Shown piece by piece: positions 27,357 to 36,421 of a stretch of 64,000 nucleotides of DNA. The notes under the pieces were generated by a model. That model did not search any database. It saw only the letters and a list, made by a program, of their open reading frames with translations, and was not told the origin of the DNA. Every line of letters begins with the position of its first letter. Positions within the stretch are counted from its first letter, which is position 1. A program made the position numbers and the translations under genes. Source of the stretch: Desulfobaccales bacterium (lineage in GTDB: Bacteria; Desulfobacterota; Desulfobaccia; Desulfobaccales; 0-14-0-80-60-11); contig JBKQLU010000005.1 in NCBI GenBank assembly GCA_052326585.1, positions 471 to 64,470 on the forward strand, given 5' to 3'.

Positions 27357-28226
27357 GTGCGGTTTCACTGCCCGGCCAAGGTCAACCTCTATCTGCGGGT
27401 TTTGGGGCGGCGGGCCGATGGTTATCACGAGTTGGTGACCGTCATGCAGCCGTTGAGCCTGGGAGACCGACTGACGGTCACCCCCGGGGGCGAGAGTCTG
27501 CGCTTCATATGCGAGCACCCGGAGGCCCCCCAGGGGCCGGAGAACCTGGTGTGGCGGGCGGCGCAGGTTTTTCAGGAGGAGACCGGGATACGGGTGGCGG
27601 CGCGCCTTACGTTGCAAAAAAAGATTCCGGTGGCCGCGGGTCTCGGGGGGGGCTCCAGTGACGCGGCCGGCGCCTTGCAAGCCTTGAACCTGCTGTACGG
27701 CTTCCCACTGGAGGGGCCGCGGCTGCACTCTCTGGCCTGCCGCCTGGGGGCCGATGTGCCGTTTTTCCTGGGGCGGGGGCCGGCGGTGGGCCGGGGCATC
27801 GGCGCCGACCTCAGCCCCATGAGCCTGCCGCCGTACAATTATCTGCTGCTCAATCCCGGTGTGGCCCTTTCCACCCGCTGGGTTTATGAAAACCTGGACC
27901 TGGCCCGGCTTGAGGGGGCGCCGCCGCCCGACTCCTGGGACCCGGTCCATCCGGAGCGCTGGGTCCATAATGATCTGAGCGGGGTGGCCGTCCGCCGCTT
28001 CCCGGAGCTGGCCGAACTTAAGGACCGCCTCAGGCAAGCGGGAGCGGTGACCCAGTCCGTCTCCGGCAGCGGCCCCACGGTCTTTGGACTCTTCGCCACC
28101 TGGGAGGCGGCCCGGGAAGCCGCCCGGGTCCTGCGCCGATCGTTTCCGGGTTGGCTGGCCGCCGCCCAGGGTCTCACCGGCCGGGAAACCGACAACGACT
28201 GGGAGCGCCATCTATGGATGACCTGA
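27357..28226 (+). CDS. ispE: 4-(cytidine 5'-diphospho)-2-C-methyl-D-erythritol kinase
   Basis: '[21 protein letters not shown]' and GHMP motif '[14 protein letters not shown]'. Confidence 0.92.
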   Translation: MRFHCPAKVNLYLRVLGRRADGYHELVTVMQPLSLGDRLTVTPGGESLRFICEHPEAPQGPENLVWRAAQVFQEETGIRVAARLTLQKKIPVAAGLGGGSSDAAGALQALNLLYGFPLEGPRLHSLACRLGADVPFFLGRGPAVGRGIGADLSPMSLPPYNYLLLNPGVALSTRWVYENLDLARLEGAPPPDSWDPVHPERWVHNDLSGVAVRRFPELAELKDRLRQAGAVTQSVSGSGPTVFGLFATWEAAREAARVLRRSFPGWLAAAQGLTGRETDNDWERHLWMT

Positions 28227-29149
28227 AAATCTTCACCGGCAACGCCAATCGGCCTCTGGCGGAAAAGATCTGCAATCACCTGGGAATACCCCTGGGGCAG
28301 GCCACGGTGGGACGCTTCTCCGACGGGGAGATCATGGCGGAGTTCCAGGAGAACGTCCGCGGCAAAGATGTTTACATCATGCAGCCCACCGCCATGCCCT
28401 GCAATGAGAACCTCATGGAATTGCTGGTCATGCTGGACGCCTTAAAGAGGGCCTCGAGCCGGTGCGTCACCGCAGTCGTGCCCTATTTCGCTTACGCCCG
28501 CCAGGACCGCAAGACCGCGCCGCGGACCCCCATTTCCGCCAAGCTGGTAGCTGATCTCATCACCACTGCCGGGGCCAACCGGATGCTCACCATGGACCTG
28601 CATTCGGGGCAGATCCAGGGATTTTTCGATATTCCCGTGGATCATCTCTACGCGGCGCCGGTGACCCTGGAGTATATCCGGAAGAATTTCAGCCCGGACG
28701 TGGTGGTGGTCTCGCCGGACTCCGGCGGAGTGGAGCGGGCCCGGGCCTTCGCCAAACGCCTCAACACCTCTCTGGCCATCATCGATAAACGCCGGGAAGC
28801 CACCGCCATCAAGGCCATGACCCTCATCGGCAACGTTTGGGGCAAGGAGGCCATCATCCTGGACGACATGATCACCAGCGGGGCCACCCTGACCATGGCC
28901 GCGGAACTGCTGATACACCACGGGGTGCGCGCCGTCCACGCCTGCGTCACCCACCCGGTCATGTCCCACCCGGCGGTGAGCAACATCCAGGGCTCATTGG
29001 TCCAGTCCCTGGCCGTGACCGACACCATTCCCCTGAGCCCGGAGGCCGCCGCCCTGGAAAAGATCCGGGTTTTGTCGGTGGCCCCGCTCCTGGGGGAAGC
29101 CATCAAGCGCATCCACAACTGTGATTCAGTCAGTTCTCTCTTTGTGTAA
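28214..29149 (+). CDS. prs: ribose-phosphate pyrophosphokinase
   Basis: Internal ATG of ORF 28151..29149 ('[19 protein letters not shown]'). Has '[13 protein letters not shown]' and '[10 protein letters not shown]'. Confidence 0.94.
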   Translation: MDDLKIFTGNANRPLAEKICNHLGIPLGQATVGRFSDGEIMAEFQENVRGKDVYIMQPTAMPCNENLMELLVMLDALKRASSRCVTAVVPYFAYARQDRKTAPRTPISAKLVADLITTAGANRMLTMDLHSGQIQGFFDIPVDHLYAAPVTLEYIRKNFSPDVVVVSPDSGGVERARAFAKRLNTSLAIIDKRREATAIKAMTLIGNVWGKEAIILDDMITSGATLTMAAELLIHHGVRAVHACVTHPVMSHPAVSNIQGSLVQSLAVTDTIPLSPEAAALEKIRVLSVAPLLGEAIKRIHNCDSVSSLFV

Positions 29150-29230
29150 AGGGCGGCTGGCCATTGAGGTTTAGTTTGTCACTGTCCACTGCTCACTATA
29201 AAAAGCTGACCGCGGCTGGCTAAATCTGAT

Positions 29231-29812
29231 ATGCGCCTCATCGTGGGTTTGGGGAATCCCGGCCGGGAGTATGCCTGGACCAGGCACAACCTGGGCTGGC
29301 AGGTGGTGGCCTACCTGGCGGAATACTGGCAGATTCCCCTGAATAAGAAGACCCTGGAGTCGGTTTGGGGCCAGGGCAGGGTAGGGGAGGAGAGGGTGGT
29401 CCTGGCCCAACCCGCCACCTACATGAACTTGAGCGGCCAGGCGGTTTCCCTCCTGCTCTCCTACTTTAAGCTCACCCCGGACCGCCTGCTGGTGATTCAC
29501 GATGACCTGGACCTGCCGCTCTGGCGCCTCAAGATTGTCGAGCGGGGCGGCGCCGGCGGTCATCGGGGGGTCCTCTCCATTAGCGACCGCCTGCATAGGG
29601 AGGAATTCCTGCGGGTGAAGATGGGCATTGGCCGGCCGCCGGCGGCGATGACCGGGGAGGGCTATGTATTGTCCCATTTCCCCGCGGCAGAGGCGGAAAA
29701 CGTGGCCCGTTTCATCGAGCGGGCCGCCCGGGCGGTGGACACCCTGGTCCGGGAGGGGCTGGCCGCGGCCCAAAATCTCTTCCACGGCGAGCCGGATGAG
29801 TTGCTTGAGTAG
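29231..29812 (+). CDS. pth: peptidyl-tRNA hydrolase
   Basis: 'LIVGLGNPGREYAWTRHNLG' and 'GGHRGVLSI'. Confidence 0.94.
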   Translation: MRLIVGLGNPGREYAWTRHNLGWQVVAYLAEYWQIPLNKKTLESVWGQGRVGEERVVLAQPATYMNLSGQAVSLLLSYFKLTPDRLLVIHDDLDLPLWRLKIVERGGAGGHRGVLSISDRLHREEFLRVKMGIGRPPAAMTGEGYVLSHFPAAEAENVARFIERAARAVDTLVREGLAAAQNLFHGEPDELLE

Positions 29813-29931
29813 ATTTACTGATGGCAGGTGGGGGGTAAAGGGCGCAGCCGGACGGTTAAATGACCTGATTACGCGGTGCTTGAATTCTTGAATATGGTAA
29901 CGTTTCTTGTTTTATCCCCCCCTCACCCCAG

Positions 29932-30104
29932 CCCTCTCCCCCCGCCGGGGGGAGAGGGAGAAAAAAGGCAAGTTCCCCAAGTTTACTTAGAGCGACAATG
30001 GCATTGTATCTTTATCCCCTCTCCCCCGATGGGGAAACGCCTTGGCGATCGTCTTTTGTAGGGGCGGGGTTTCCCCGCCCAGGGCGGCGAGACGCCGCCC
30101 CTAC
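29932..30104. repeat. cluster of GC-rich hairpin repeats
   Basis: 12-bp-stem hairpin ccctctcccccc/ggggggagaggg (29932-58). Hairpins gggcgggg/ccccgccc (30062-80) and gggcggcg/cgccgccc (30082-100) are nested in gtaggggcgg...ccgcccctac (30058-104). Confidence 0.85.
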
Positions 30105-30212
30105 GGCAATGATGGAATCGGAAATCAAGTATATAATTCCCCAGTAAATGCCTTATCGGATTTATGAAATCGCGTACGTCTCCGTTGGCCTGAGGAATCA
30201 TTAAAGGATTGA

Positions 30213-30235
30213 GGCACCGGCGGGACGCCGGTGCC
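30213..30235. repeat. hairpin ggcaccggcg-gga-cgccggtgcc
   Basis: Perfect 10-bp stem immediately upstream of the radical SAM start. It covers the first in-frame ATG (30231). Confidence 0.8.
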
Positions 30236-30251
30236 GCCAAGATTTTGCATA

Positions 30252-31544
30252 ATGCGCCTCCTGTTCATCTCCAGCAACCGCTGCCGCCTCGTCTTCCCGC
30301 CTTTGCCCCTGGGCCTGGCTGCGGTGGTGGCCGCAGTAGGCTCAGGGCATGAGATTAGGGTCCTCGATTTTATGTTTGCCGATGACCCCCTGGCCCTGGT
30401 AGACGGGGCCATGGCGGAGTGTCGCCCGGAAGTCATCGGCATCTCGGTCAGAAACATTGACAATCAGGACAGCCGCCGCCCGGAAATCTATTTTCCCCAG
30501 GTCAAAGACCTGGTGCAGCACCTGCAAGGAACCAGCCCGGCCCCGGTAGCCCTGGGAGGGCCGGGCTTTTCGGTGGCGCCCCTGGAATTCATGGAGTTTA
30601 CCGGGGCCGATTTTGGCATGGTGGGCGAAGGGGAATCTTTTGTAAATTTTTTGCAGGCCTATCCTGAAAAGAGATGGGACCGGGTTCCAGGCTTGATCTG
30701 GCGCCAGGACGGCGGCCTCAAGCTGAATCGCCGCCGGCCCATTGGGCGGCTCGATTTGCTGCCGGGTCCGGCCCTGGAATATTTTACCCCGCGTCAGTAT
30801 CAGGAGACCCGGGGAAGCGCCGGGCTGCTGGGCCTGATCCCGGTGCAGAGCCGCCGCGGCTGCCCTATGAGGTGCATCTACTGCAGCACCCCGCTCCTGG
30901 AGGGGACCCGGACCCGGGCCTGGGCTCCGGAGCAAGTGGCCTCCTGGCTGGCGGCCTGGCATGAGAAGTGGGGCCTGACTCGCTTCTATTTCGTGGATAA
31001 TATCTTTAATTGTCCGGTGGCTTACGGCCGGCGCCTCTGCCGGGCCATCGCCGCACTGCGGCTCCCCCTGGAATGGGCCTGCTTGATTAATCCAGCCTTT
31101 CCAGACCGGCAACTCTTCGAGCTGATCCAGGCTGCGGGCGGCGCCATGGTGCAGGTGGGTAACGAAAGCGGCTCGGAACTGGTGTTGAGCCGCCTGGGCA
31201 AAGGATTTGGCTTGCGGCAGGTGGAGCGCACCCTGAAATTGCTGCACGCGGCCGACTTGCCTTTCACCTGCTTCCTGCTGCTGGGCGGCCCCGGTGAAAC
31301 CCGGGAGACCGTCCGGGAGAGCGTCGCCTTCCTGGAGACTTACCAGCCTCAGATGGTGAACTTGAAGGTCGGCATTCGTATCCATCCCGGTCTGCCCCTG
31401 CACCGCCTGGCCCTGGCGGAAGGAGCCGTAAAACCAGAGGATAATTTATTGTGGCCCAAGTTTTACCTGGCCCCGGCCATCCGGGAGTGGATCTGGGATT
31501 ACCTTGGGGAAGTGGCAGCCCGGCACCCCAACTGGACCTTATGA
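30252..31544 (+). CDS. B12-binding domain radical SAM protein
   Basis: N-terminal Rossmann-like B12 domain ('MRLLFISSN...VIGISV') and radical SAM 'CPMRCIYCS' (Cx3Cx2C). ATG at 30252 lies downstream of the hairpin. Confidence 0.85.
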   Translation: MRLLFISSNRCRLVFPPLPLGLAAVVAAVGSGHEIRVLDFMFADDPLALVDGAMAECRPEVIGISVRNIDNQDSRRPEIYFPQVKDLVQHLQGTSPAPVALGGPGFSVAPLEFMEFTGADFGMVGEGESFVNFLQAYPEKRWDRVPGLIWRQDGGLKLNRRRPIGRLDLLPGPALEYFTPRQYQETRGSAGLLGLIPVQSRRGCPMRCIYCSTPLLEGTRTRAWAPEQVASWLAAWHEKWGLTRFYFVDNIFNCPVAYGRRLCRAIAALRLPLEWACLINPAFPDRQLFELIQAAGGAMVQVGNESGSELVLSRLGKGFGLRQVERTLKLLHAADLPFTCFLLLGGPGETRETVRESVAFLETYQPQMVNLKVGIRIHPGLPLHRLALAEGAVKPEDNLLWPKFYLAPAIREWIWDYLGEVAARHPNWTL

Positions 31545-31595
31545 GACGGTTTCCGGTTTTCGGAGAATCAGCAATGGCAGAATCGAGGAGCGCCC

Positions 31596-32081
31596 ATGGC
31601 CCCTTCAGGAGATGACGAGAAGGAACGCCCCAGTTGGCGGGAGATAGACCAGCGCCGGGACCGGTCCGGGGGGGCGCGCCCCCCCCGGCAACCCCGGGTT
31701 CCGAAGAAAGAATCGGAGGCGATCCGCCTACAGGCTTTGGCCCAGGCTGAGGCCCTGTTCCAAGGCAAACGGGCCAGGCCGGAATATCAGAAAGACCTGG
31801 TGGAATTGGAGGCCAGTCACGGTACCAAGAAATTTGCCGCTTCTGCCAGGAAATTCCTGGAGGAATACGGCCTGCCGGGGGAATGGGGGGCGCTGACCCG
31901 GCTACTGGACTATCCGGAGCCAACGGTGGTGCAGGAGGTTCTGCAAGCCATGGCGTCCCAGGTGGGGAGCCGCAGCCGGGTAGAGCAGCAGGGCTTCAAG
32001 GGGCGGTTGCAGGTACTGGCCCTCACCAGCCACCAGGAGGAGGTGCGGCGGAATGCTGAGATAATCCTGTCAGAACTATAA
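31596..32081 (+). CDS. hypothetical protein
   Basis: 161 aa with GAGGAG RBS. Basic disordered N-terminus ('SWREIDQRRDRSG') and a helical C-half. No family recognised. Confidence 0.6.
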   Translation: MAPSGDDEKERPSWREIDQRRDRSGGARPPRQPRVPKKESEAIRLQALAQAEALFQGKRARPEYQKDLVELEASHGTKKFAASARKFLEEYGLPGEWGALTRLLDYPEPTVVQEVLQAMASQVGSRSRVEQQGFKGRLQVLALTSHQEEVRRNAEIILSEL

Positions 32082-32230
32082 ATAAAAAGATAATTTATTT
32101 TATGATTATAAATGATATTAGCTTATCAAGGGGGTCAACAGGTTAGCCATGGGGATTGTCGGGATTTAGCCGGCGCGCTCGAGGCCTGACCCAGCAGCCG
32201 GAGCTCTCAGCACAAGGAGGTGCTCATCTC

Positions 32231-33268
32231 GTGACCAGGAAGGATATATCCTCAGTTTCTGGCCCGGCATCAGATCCAGGCTCAGCCCCAGCGGAATTAG
32301 CCGGGATCATCACCCAAGATCCCACTTTCCTGCTGCTCCTGGCCCGCCTGCCGGCCTTGGCCCAGTCCGGTCTCCCCATCATGCTGAACGGCGAACCGGG
32401 GACCGGAAAAGAACTGGTGGCCCGGGCCATCTGCGCCCTGAATCAGCAGCGCCACCCTTATCAGCTAATCAATTGCGCCGCCCTGACGGAATCCCTGGCG
32501 GGCAGTGAACTCTTCGGCCACCTGGCCGGGGCCTTCACCGACGCCCGCAGTTCCCGGCTGGGGAAGTTCCGGTTGGCCCACGGCGGCACCCTGTTTTTCG
32601 ACGAGATCGGGGAGCTGCCCCTGTCGGTGCAAGCCAAGTTGCTGCGGGCGGTGGAGCAGGGGGAGATCGAGCCGGTGGGGGGGGATACGACGGTGAAGGT
32701 GGATGTGCGCCTGGTGGCCGCCACCAATCGAGATTTGCGGGAACGCATCGCCCGGGGCTATTTCCGCCGGGACCTCTATGACCGCCTGGCGGTGCTGCAG
32801 ATCCATTTACCGCCGCTCCGGGAGCGGGGCGAGGATATCGCCCTGCTGGCCCGGCACTTCGTCCAGGAGGTGGCCCGGCGGCATGGCCTCTCAGGGCCGC
32901 TGGAGTTCACCGCGGTCGCCTGGCGCTGCCTGGAGGCACAAAGCTGGCCCGGCAACGTCCGGGAACTGAAGAACGCCGTCACCCGGGCGGTCCTGCTGCA
33001 CCGCGGCCCGCGCATCGGCCTGGAGGATATGCAATTGTTTTCACGCGGCGCTCCGGGGGAGCCGGGCGGCACTGGGGCCTCCGGGATGAGACCGGCTGCC
33101 CGCCCCAACCGGAGACGGCTGGAGGATCTCCTGGGTGAGGCCCGGGGCAATATCTCCGTCCTGTCCCGGCGCCTCGGGGTCTGCACCAAGACCATGTATC
33201 GCTGGCTCAGGTCGGCTGACATCGACCTGATGAATTTCCGCCCCCCCGATCCCTCTACCCAGTCCTGA
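32231..33268 (+). CDS. sigma54-dependent transcriptional activator (AAA+ plus Fis-type HTH) without an N-terminal sensor domain
   Basis: Walker A 'GEPGTGKE', 'GSELFGH', 'GAFTDA' loop, Walker B 'LFFDEIGEL', and C-terminal HTH 'SRRLGVCTKTMYRWL'. GTG at 32231 follows AAGGAGG; the ORF extends to 32156. Confidence 0.88.
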   Translation: MTRKDISSVSGPASDPGSAPAELAGIITQDPTFLLLLARLPALAQSGLPIMLNGEPGTGKELVARAICALNQQRHPYQLINCAALTESLAGSELFGHLAGAFTDARSSRLGKFRLAHGGTLFFDEIGELPLSVQAKLLRAVEQGEIEPVGGDTTVKVDVRLVAATNRDLRERIARGYFRRDLYDRLAVLQIHLPPLRERGEDIALLARHFVQEVARRHGLSGPLEFTAVAWRCLEAQSWPGNVRELKNAVTRAVLLHRGPRIGLEDMQLFSRGAPGEPGGTGASGMRPAARPNRRRLEDLLGEARGNISVLSRRLGVCTKTMYRWLRSADIDLMNFRPPDPSTQS

Positions 33269-33323
33269 GATTAACGGATCTCCCGGCCGGGGGCCGGGGT
33301 TGCCGGTTAAGCCCAAAAAGTGA

Positions 33324-33359
33324 AGCCGCCCTTCCTCCTGGAAAGGCGGCTATTTTATT
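33324..33359 (+). terminator. rho-independent terminator
   Basis: AGCCGCC-14 nt-GGCGGCT followed by ATTTTATT, 56 nt after the activator stop. Confidence 0.6.
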
Positions 33360-33381
33360 GAAACTTGAAGCTAAAGAAAGT

Positions 33382-33437
33382 GGTGGGCAGTGCCCACCCT
33401 ACAACTCGAAGCACAGGGCGGACACATGGGCCCGCCC
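33382..33437. repeat. GC-rich hairpin repeats
   Basis: ggtgggc-agt-gcccacc (33382-98) and gggcgg-10 nt-ccgccc (33416-37), in the convergent gap between the activator gene and nuoN. Confidence 0.7.
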
Positions 33438-33490
33438 CTAGCTTAATAAAATGGACCTTGAGAGTAGGAAGGGGCGTTGCACCGCCATTT

Positions 33491-33521
33491 ACTCGAAACT
33501 CAAAACTCGAAACTCGAAACT
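33491..33521. repeat. heptanucleotide tandem repeat (ACTCGAA x4.4)
   Basis: actcgaa actcaaa actcgaa actcgaa act, just beyond the nuoN stop. Confidence 0.85.
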
Positions 33522-33529
33522 TAAGGAAC

Positions 33530-34951
33530 TCAGAGGACCGACTTCACCGCGACCTTGGCCAGTTCCACGATGCGGTCCGGGAAGATCCCGAAGCCGATGA
33601 TCACCGCGGCCAGGGCATAGTTCAGCAAGCGGGTGGGCAGGTTCAGGATTATCGGTCCCAGTCCGGGATCGTCCTTGAAATAGGCGGCGTAGAGCACCCG
33701 CAGATAGTAATAGAGGGACACGGTGCCGTTCACCGCCCCGATCAACACCAGCCAAAAGTAGCCGGAGTTCATGGCGGAGGTGAAGAGGAGCAGCTTCCCG
33801 GTGAAGCCGATGGAGGGGGGCACCCCCGCCAGGGCGAAGATCCCCAGGATCAGGTTCATGCTGAGCAGGGGGCTGCGGCGGTAGAGGCCGCCCAGCTCGA
33901 CAATCTTCAAGTCGCGGCCGTCCCCGGCCACTTCCGAAAGCACCATGAAGACCGTGAAGTTCATCACCAGGTAAGCCAGGGCATAATAGACCGCGGCAAT
34001 GTAACCGGCCTCTTTCAGGGTCAAAATCCCTATGAGGAAGTAACCGGCGTGGGCGATGGAGGAGTAGGCCAGCATGCGCTTGAAGTCTTTTTGGATGATG
34101 GCCACCAGGTTGCCCAGGGTCATGGAGGCGATGGAGAGAATCATCAGGGCCTGGGTGAAGCCGTAGCCGTAGCCGGCCCCCAGGGCGGCAAAACGCAGCA
34201 GCAGGGCCACCGCCGCGGCCTTGGAGGCAGTGGCGATGAAGGCGGTAACCTGATTGGCGGCGCCCTGGTAAACGTCCGGGGCCCAGAAGTGGAAGGGAAA
34301 GACCGACAGCTTAAAGAAGAAGCCGGCCATGGCCAGGAGCAGGCCGATAAGACCGATGGGGCTCTGGGTCAGTTGGGCCAGGCGGGGCGCCAGATCGGCC
34401 AGGTAAGTGGTGCCGGTGGCCCCAAAGATGTAGCTCAGCCCGAAGAGCATGAAGCCGGAGGAGACCGCGCCGATGAAGAGGTACTTGATGCCCGCCTCCA
34501 CGTCGATGCCGTCACCCCGGCGCAGGGGCACCAGGATGTAGAGGGAATAAGAGGAGAGCTCCAGGGCCACGTAAATGGTGAGGAGTTCCACTGCCGAGAC
34601 CAGCAGCATCATGCCGATAATAGTGGTGGCGAGAAACAGGTAGAATTCGGCCTGCTGGCGCGCCTCGATGCCGGCCAGGTTATGGGAGATGGTCAGGACC
34701 AGGAAGAGGCCCAGGGCCAGGGCGAACTTGAAGATCTGGCTGAAAAGGTCAACTCGGTAGGCCTTAAAGAACAGATATCCCTGCTGCCAGAGGCAGCAGG
34801 CGGTGAGCAGCACCCCCAGTGCGGCCAGCCCCAGGGCGATCCGGTAGTCGGTCTTGACCCGGGGCGCGCCCCGGAGGCTGAGGCAGAAAAAGACCAGGGC
34901 CAGGCCCAGATAATAGAGTTCCGGTCCGAACAGCAGCAGATTCATGGTCAC
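33530..34951 (-). CDS. nuoN: NADH-quinone oxidoreductase subunit N
   Basis: 473 aa, polytopic, antiporter-like. Last gene of the nuo operon; GTG start overlaps the nuoM stop. Confidence 0.9.
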   Translation of the reverse strand: MTMNLLLFGPELYYLGLALVFFCLSLRGAPRVKTDYRIALGLAALGVLLTACCLWQQGYLFFKAYRVDLFSQIFKFALALGLFLVLTISHNLAGIEARQQAEFYLFLATTIIGMMLLVSAVELLTIYVALELSSYSLYILVPLRRGDGIDVEAGIKYLFIGAVSSGFMLFGLSYIFGATGTTYLADLAPRLAQLTQSPIGLIGLLLAMAGFFFKLSVFPFHFWAPDVYQGAANQVTAFIATASKAAAVALLLRFAALGAGYGYGFTQALMILSIASMTLGNLVAIIQKDFKRMLAYSSIAHAGYFLIGILTLKEAGYIAAVYYALAYLVMNFTVFMVLSEVAGDGRDLKIVELGGLYRRSPLLSMNLILGIFALAGVPPSIGFTGKLLLFTSAMNSGYFWLVLIGAVNGTVSLYYYLRVLYAAYFKDDPGLGPIILNLPTRLLNYALAAVIIGFGIFPDRIVELAKVAVKSVL

Positions 34952-36420
34952 ATTCCCTGGAGAAAGGGGATTACCGCGGTTTTAATCGTGCCCACCATCA
35001 GTTGCGGGAAGAACCCGAAGAGGATCAGGACGCTGATGAGGATCATGCGCGGCAAGCCCAGGAAGGGGCTGACATCCTCGAAATGGATGAATTTGGGATT
35101 AGGTTCGTTGAAGAAGGTATTCTGCACCACGCGCAGGGCGAAGAGGGCGCCCACCACCAGGGCGGCGATGGCCAGCAGCCCCTGCACCGGGTAGACCTTG
35201 ACCGCGGAGATAAAGACCAGCAGTTCGGCCCAGAAACTGGCCATGCCCGGAACCCCGGCGCCGCATAAGGCCGCGGTGATGAAGAAGGCGGAGGCCACCG
35301 GCATGATCTTGGAGAAGCCCCCCAACTCGTGAATGTCCCGGGTATGGGTGCGGTCATAGATATAGCCCACCGAAGAGAAGAAGAGGGCGGTCATGATGCC
35401 GTGGGCGAACATCTGGAAGACGCTGCCGTTGAGGCCGTCCACTGTGCCGGTGGCCAGCCCCAGGCAGACGATGCCCATGTGGGACACCGAGGAATAGCCG
35501 ATAACGTATTTCAAGTCCGTCTGGGCCAGGCCCACGAAGACGCCGTAGACAATGCCCACGGTGGCCAGCAGGGCCATGAGCTGGGCCCAGTATTGAAAGC
35601 CCGCCGGGCAGAGAAACATGGCCACCCGCAGGATGGCGAAAGAGCCCAGCTTCATGAGCACCCCGGCGTGGAGCATACTCACCGCGGTGGGAGCGGCCAC
35701 GTGGCCCACCGGCGACCAGGTGTGGAACGGCCAGACCGCGGCCAGGACCCCGAAGCCGAAAAAGAGCATCACAAAGGCAACCTTCTGGATCCAGGGGGTG
35801 AAGTGGGCGCCGTGCAGCCGGATCATGTCGAAGGTCTGGAGGCCCGAAGAGGAATAGAGCAGCAGGATGCCGGGGATGATGAGGCCGCTGCCGGCCATCA
35901 GATACAGGGTGAGCTTCATGGCGGCGTATTCTTTGCGGGTGGAGCCCCAGACCAGGATGAGGATGTACATGGGCACCACCGCGATCTCATAGAACAGAAA
36001 GAACATAAAGAGATCGTAGGACATGAAGACGCCGAAGACCCCGGTCACCAGGGCCAGCATCCAGATGAAGTACTCCTTGGTGCGCACCTCCAGTTCCCAC
36101 ATAGTGAGGACGCCGGTGAAGATGACGATGCCGGTGAGCAGCAGTAGGGGGGCGTTCAGGCCTTCGACTCCCACGTGGTAAGTGATGCCGAAGGTCCGCA
36201 CCCACTGGTACTGTTCCACGAACTGCAAACCCCCCAGGGTCCGGTCATAGGCCACGAAGGTGTAAATGGCCAGGGCCAGGGAGACGCCCGCAGCCAGCAG
36301 GGATACGGCCTTGATGAGAAACTTTTGATCCTCCCGCAGGCAGAGGAGGATAAACAGTCCCGCCGGCGGGGCCAGCAGCATGCAGGACAGAATGGGGAAG
36401 GCAGCCAGGTGTTCGGTCAT
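34948..36420 (-). CDS. nuoM: NADH-quinone oxidoreductase subunit M
   Basis: 490 aa antiporter-like subunit at the conserved position. Confidence 0.9.
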   Translation of the reverse strand: MTEHLAAFPILSCMLLAPPAGLFILLCLREDQKFLIKAVSLLAAGVSLALAIYTFVAYDRTLGGLQFVEQYQWVRTFGITYHVGVEGLNAPLLLLTGIVIFTGVLTMWELEVRTKEYFIWMLALVTGVFGVFMSYDLFMFFLFYEIAVVPMYILILVWGSTRKEYAAMKLTLYLMAGSGLIIPGILLLYSSSGLQTFDMIRLHGAHFTPWIQKVAFVMLFFGFGVLAAVWPFHTWSPVGHVAAPTAVSMLHAGVLMKLGSFAILRVAMFLCPAGFQYWAQLMALLATVGIVYGVFVGLAQTDLKYVIGYSSVSHMGIVCLGLATGTVDGLNGSVFQMFAHGIMTALFFSSVGYIYDRTHTRDIHELGGFSKIMPVASAFFITAALCGAGVPGMASFWAELLVFISAVKVYPVQGLLAIAALVVGALFALRVVQNTFFNEPNPKFIHFEDVSPFLGLPRMILISVLILFGFFPQLMVGTIKTAVIPFLQGM

Positions 36421-36421
36421 A

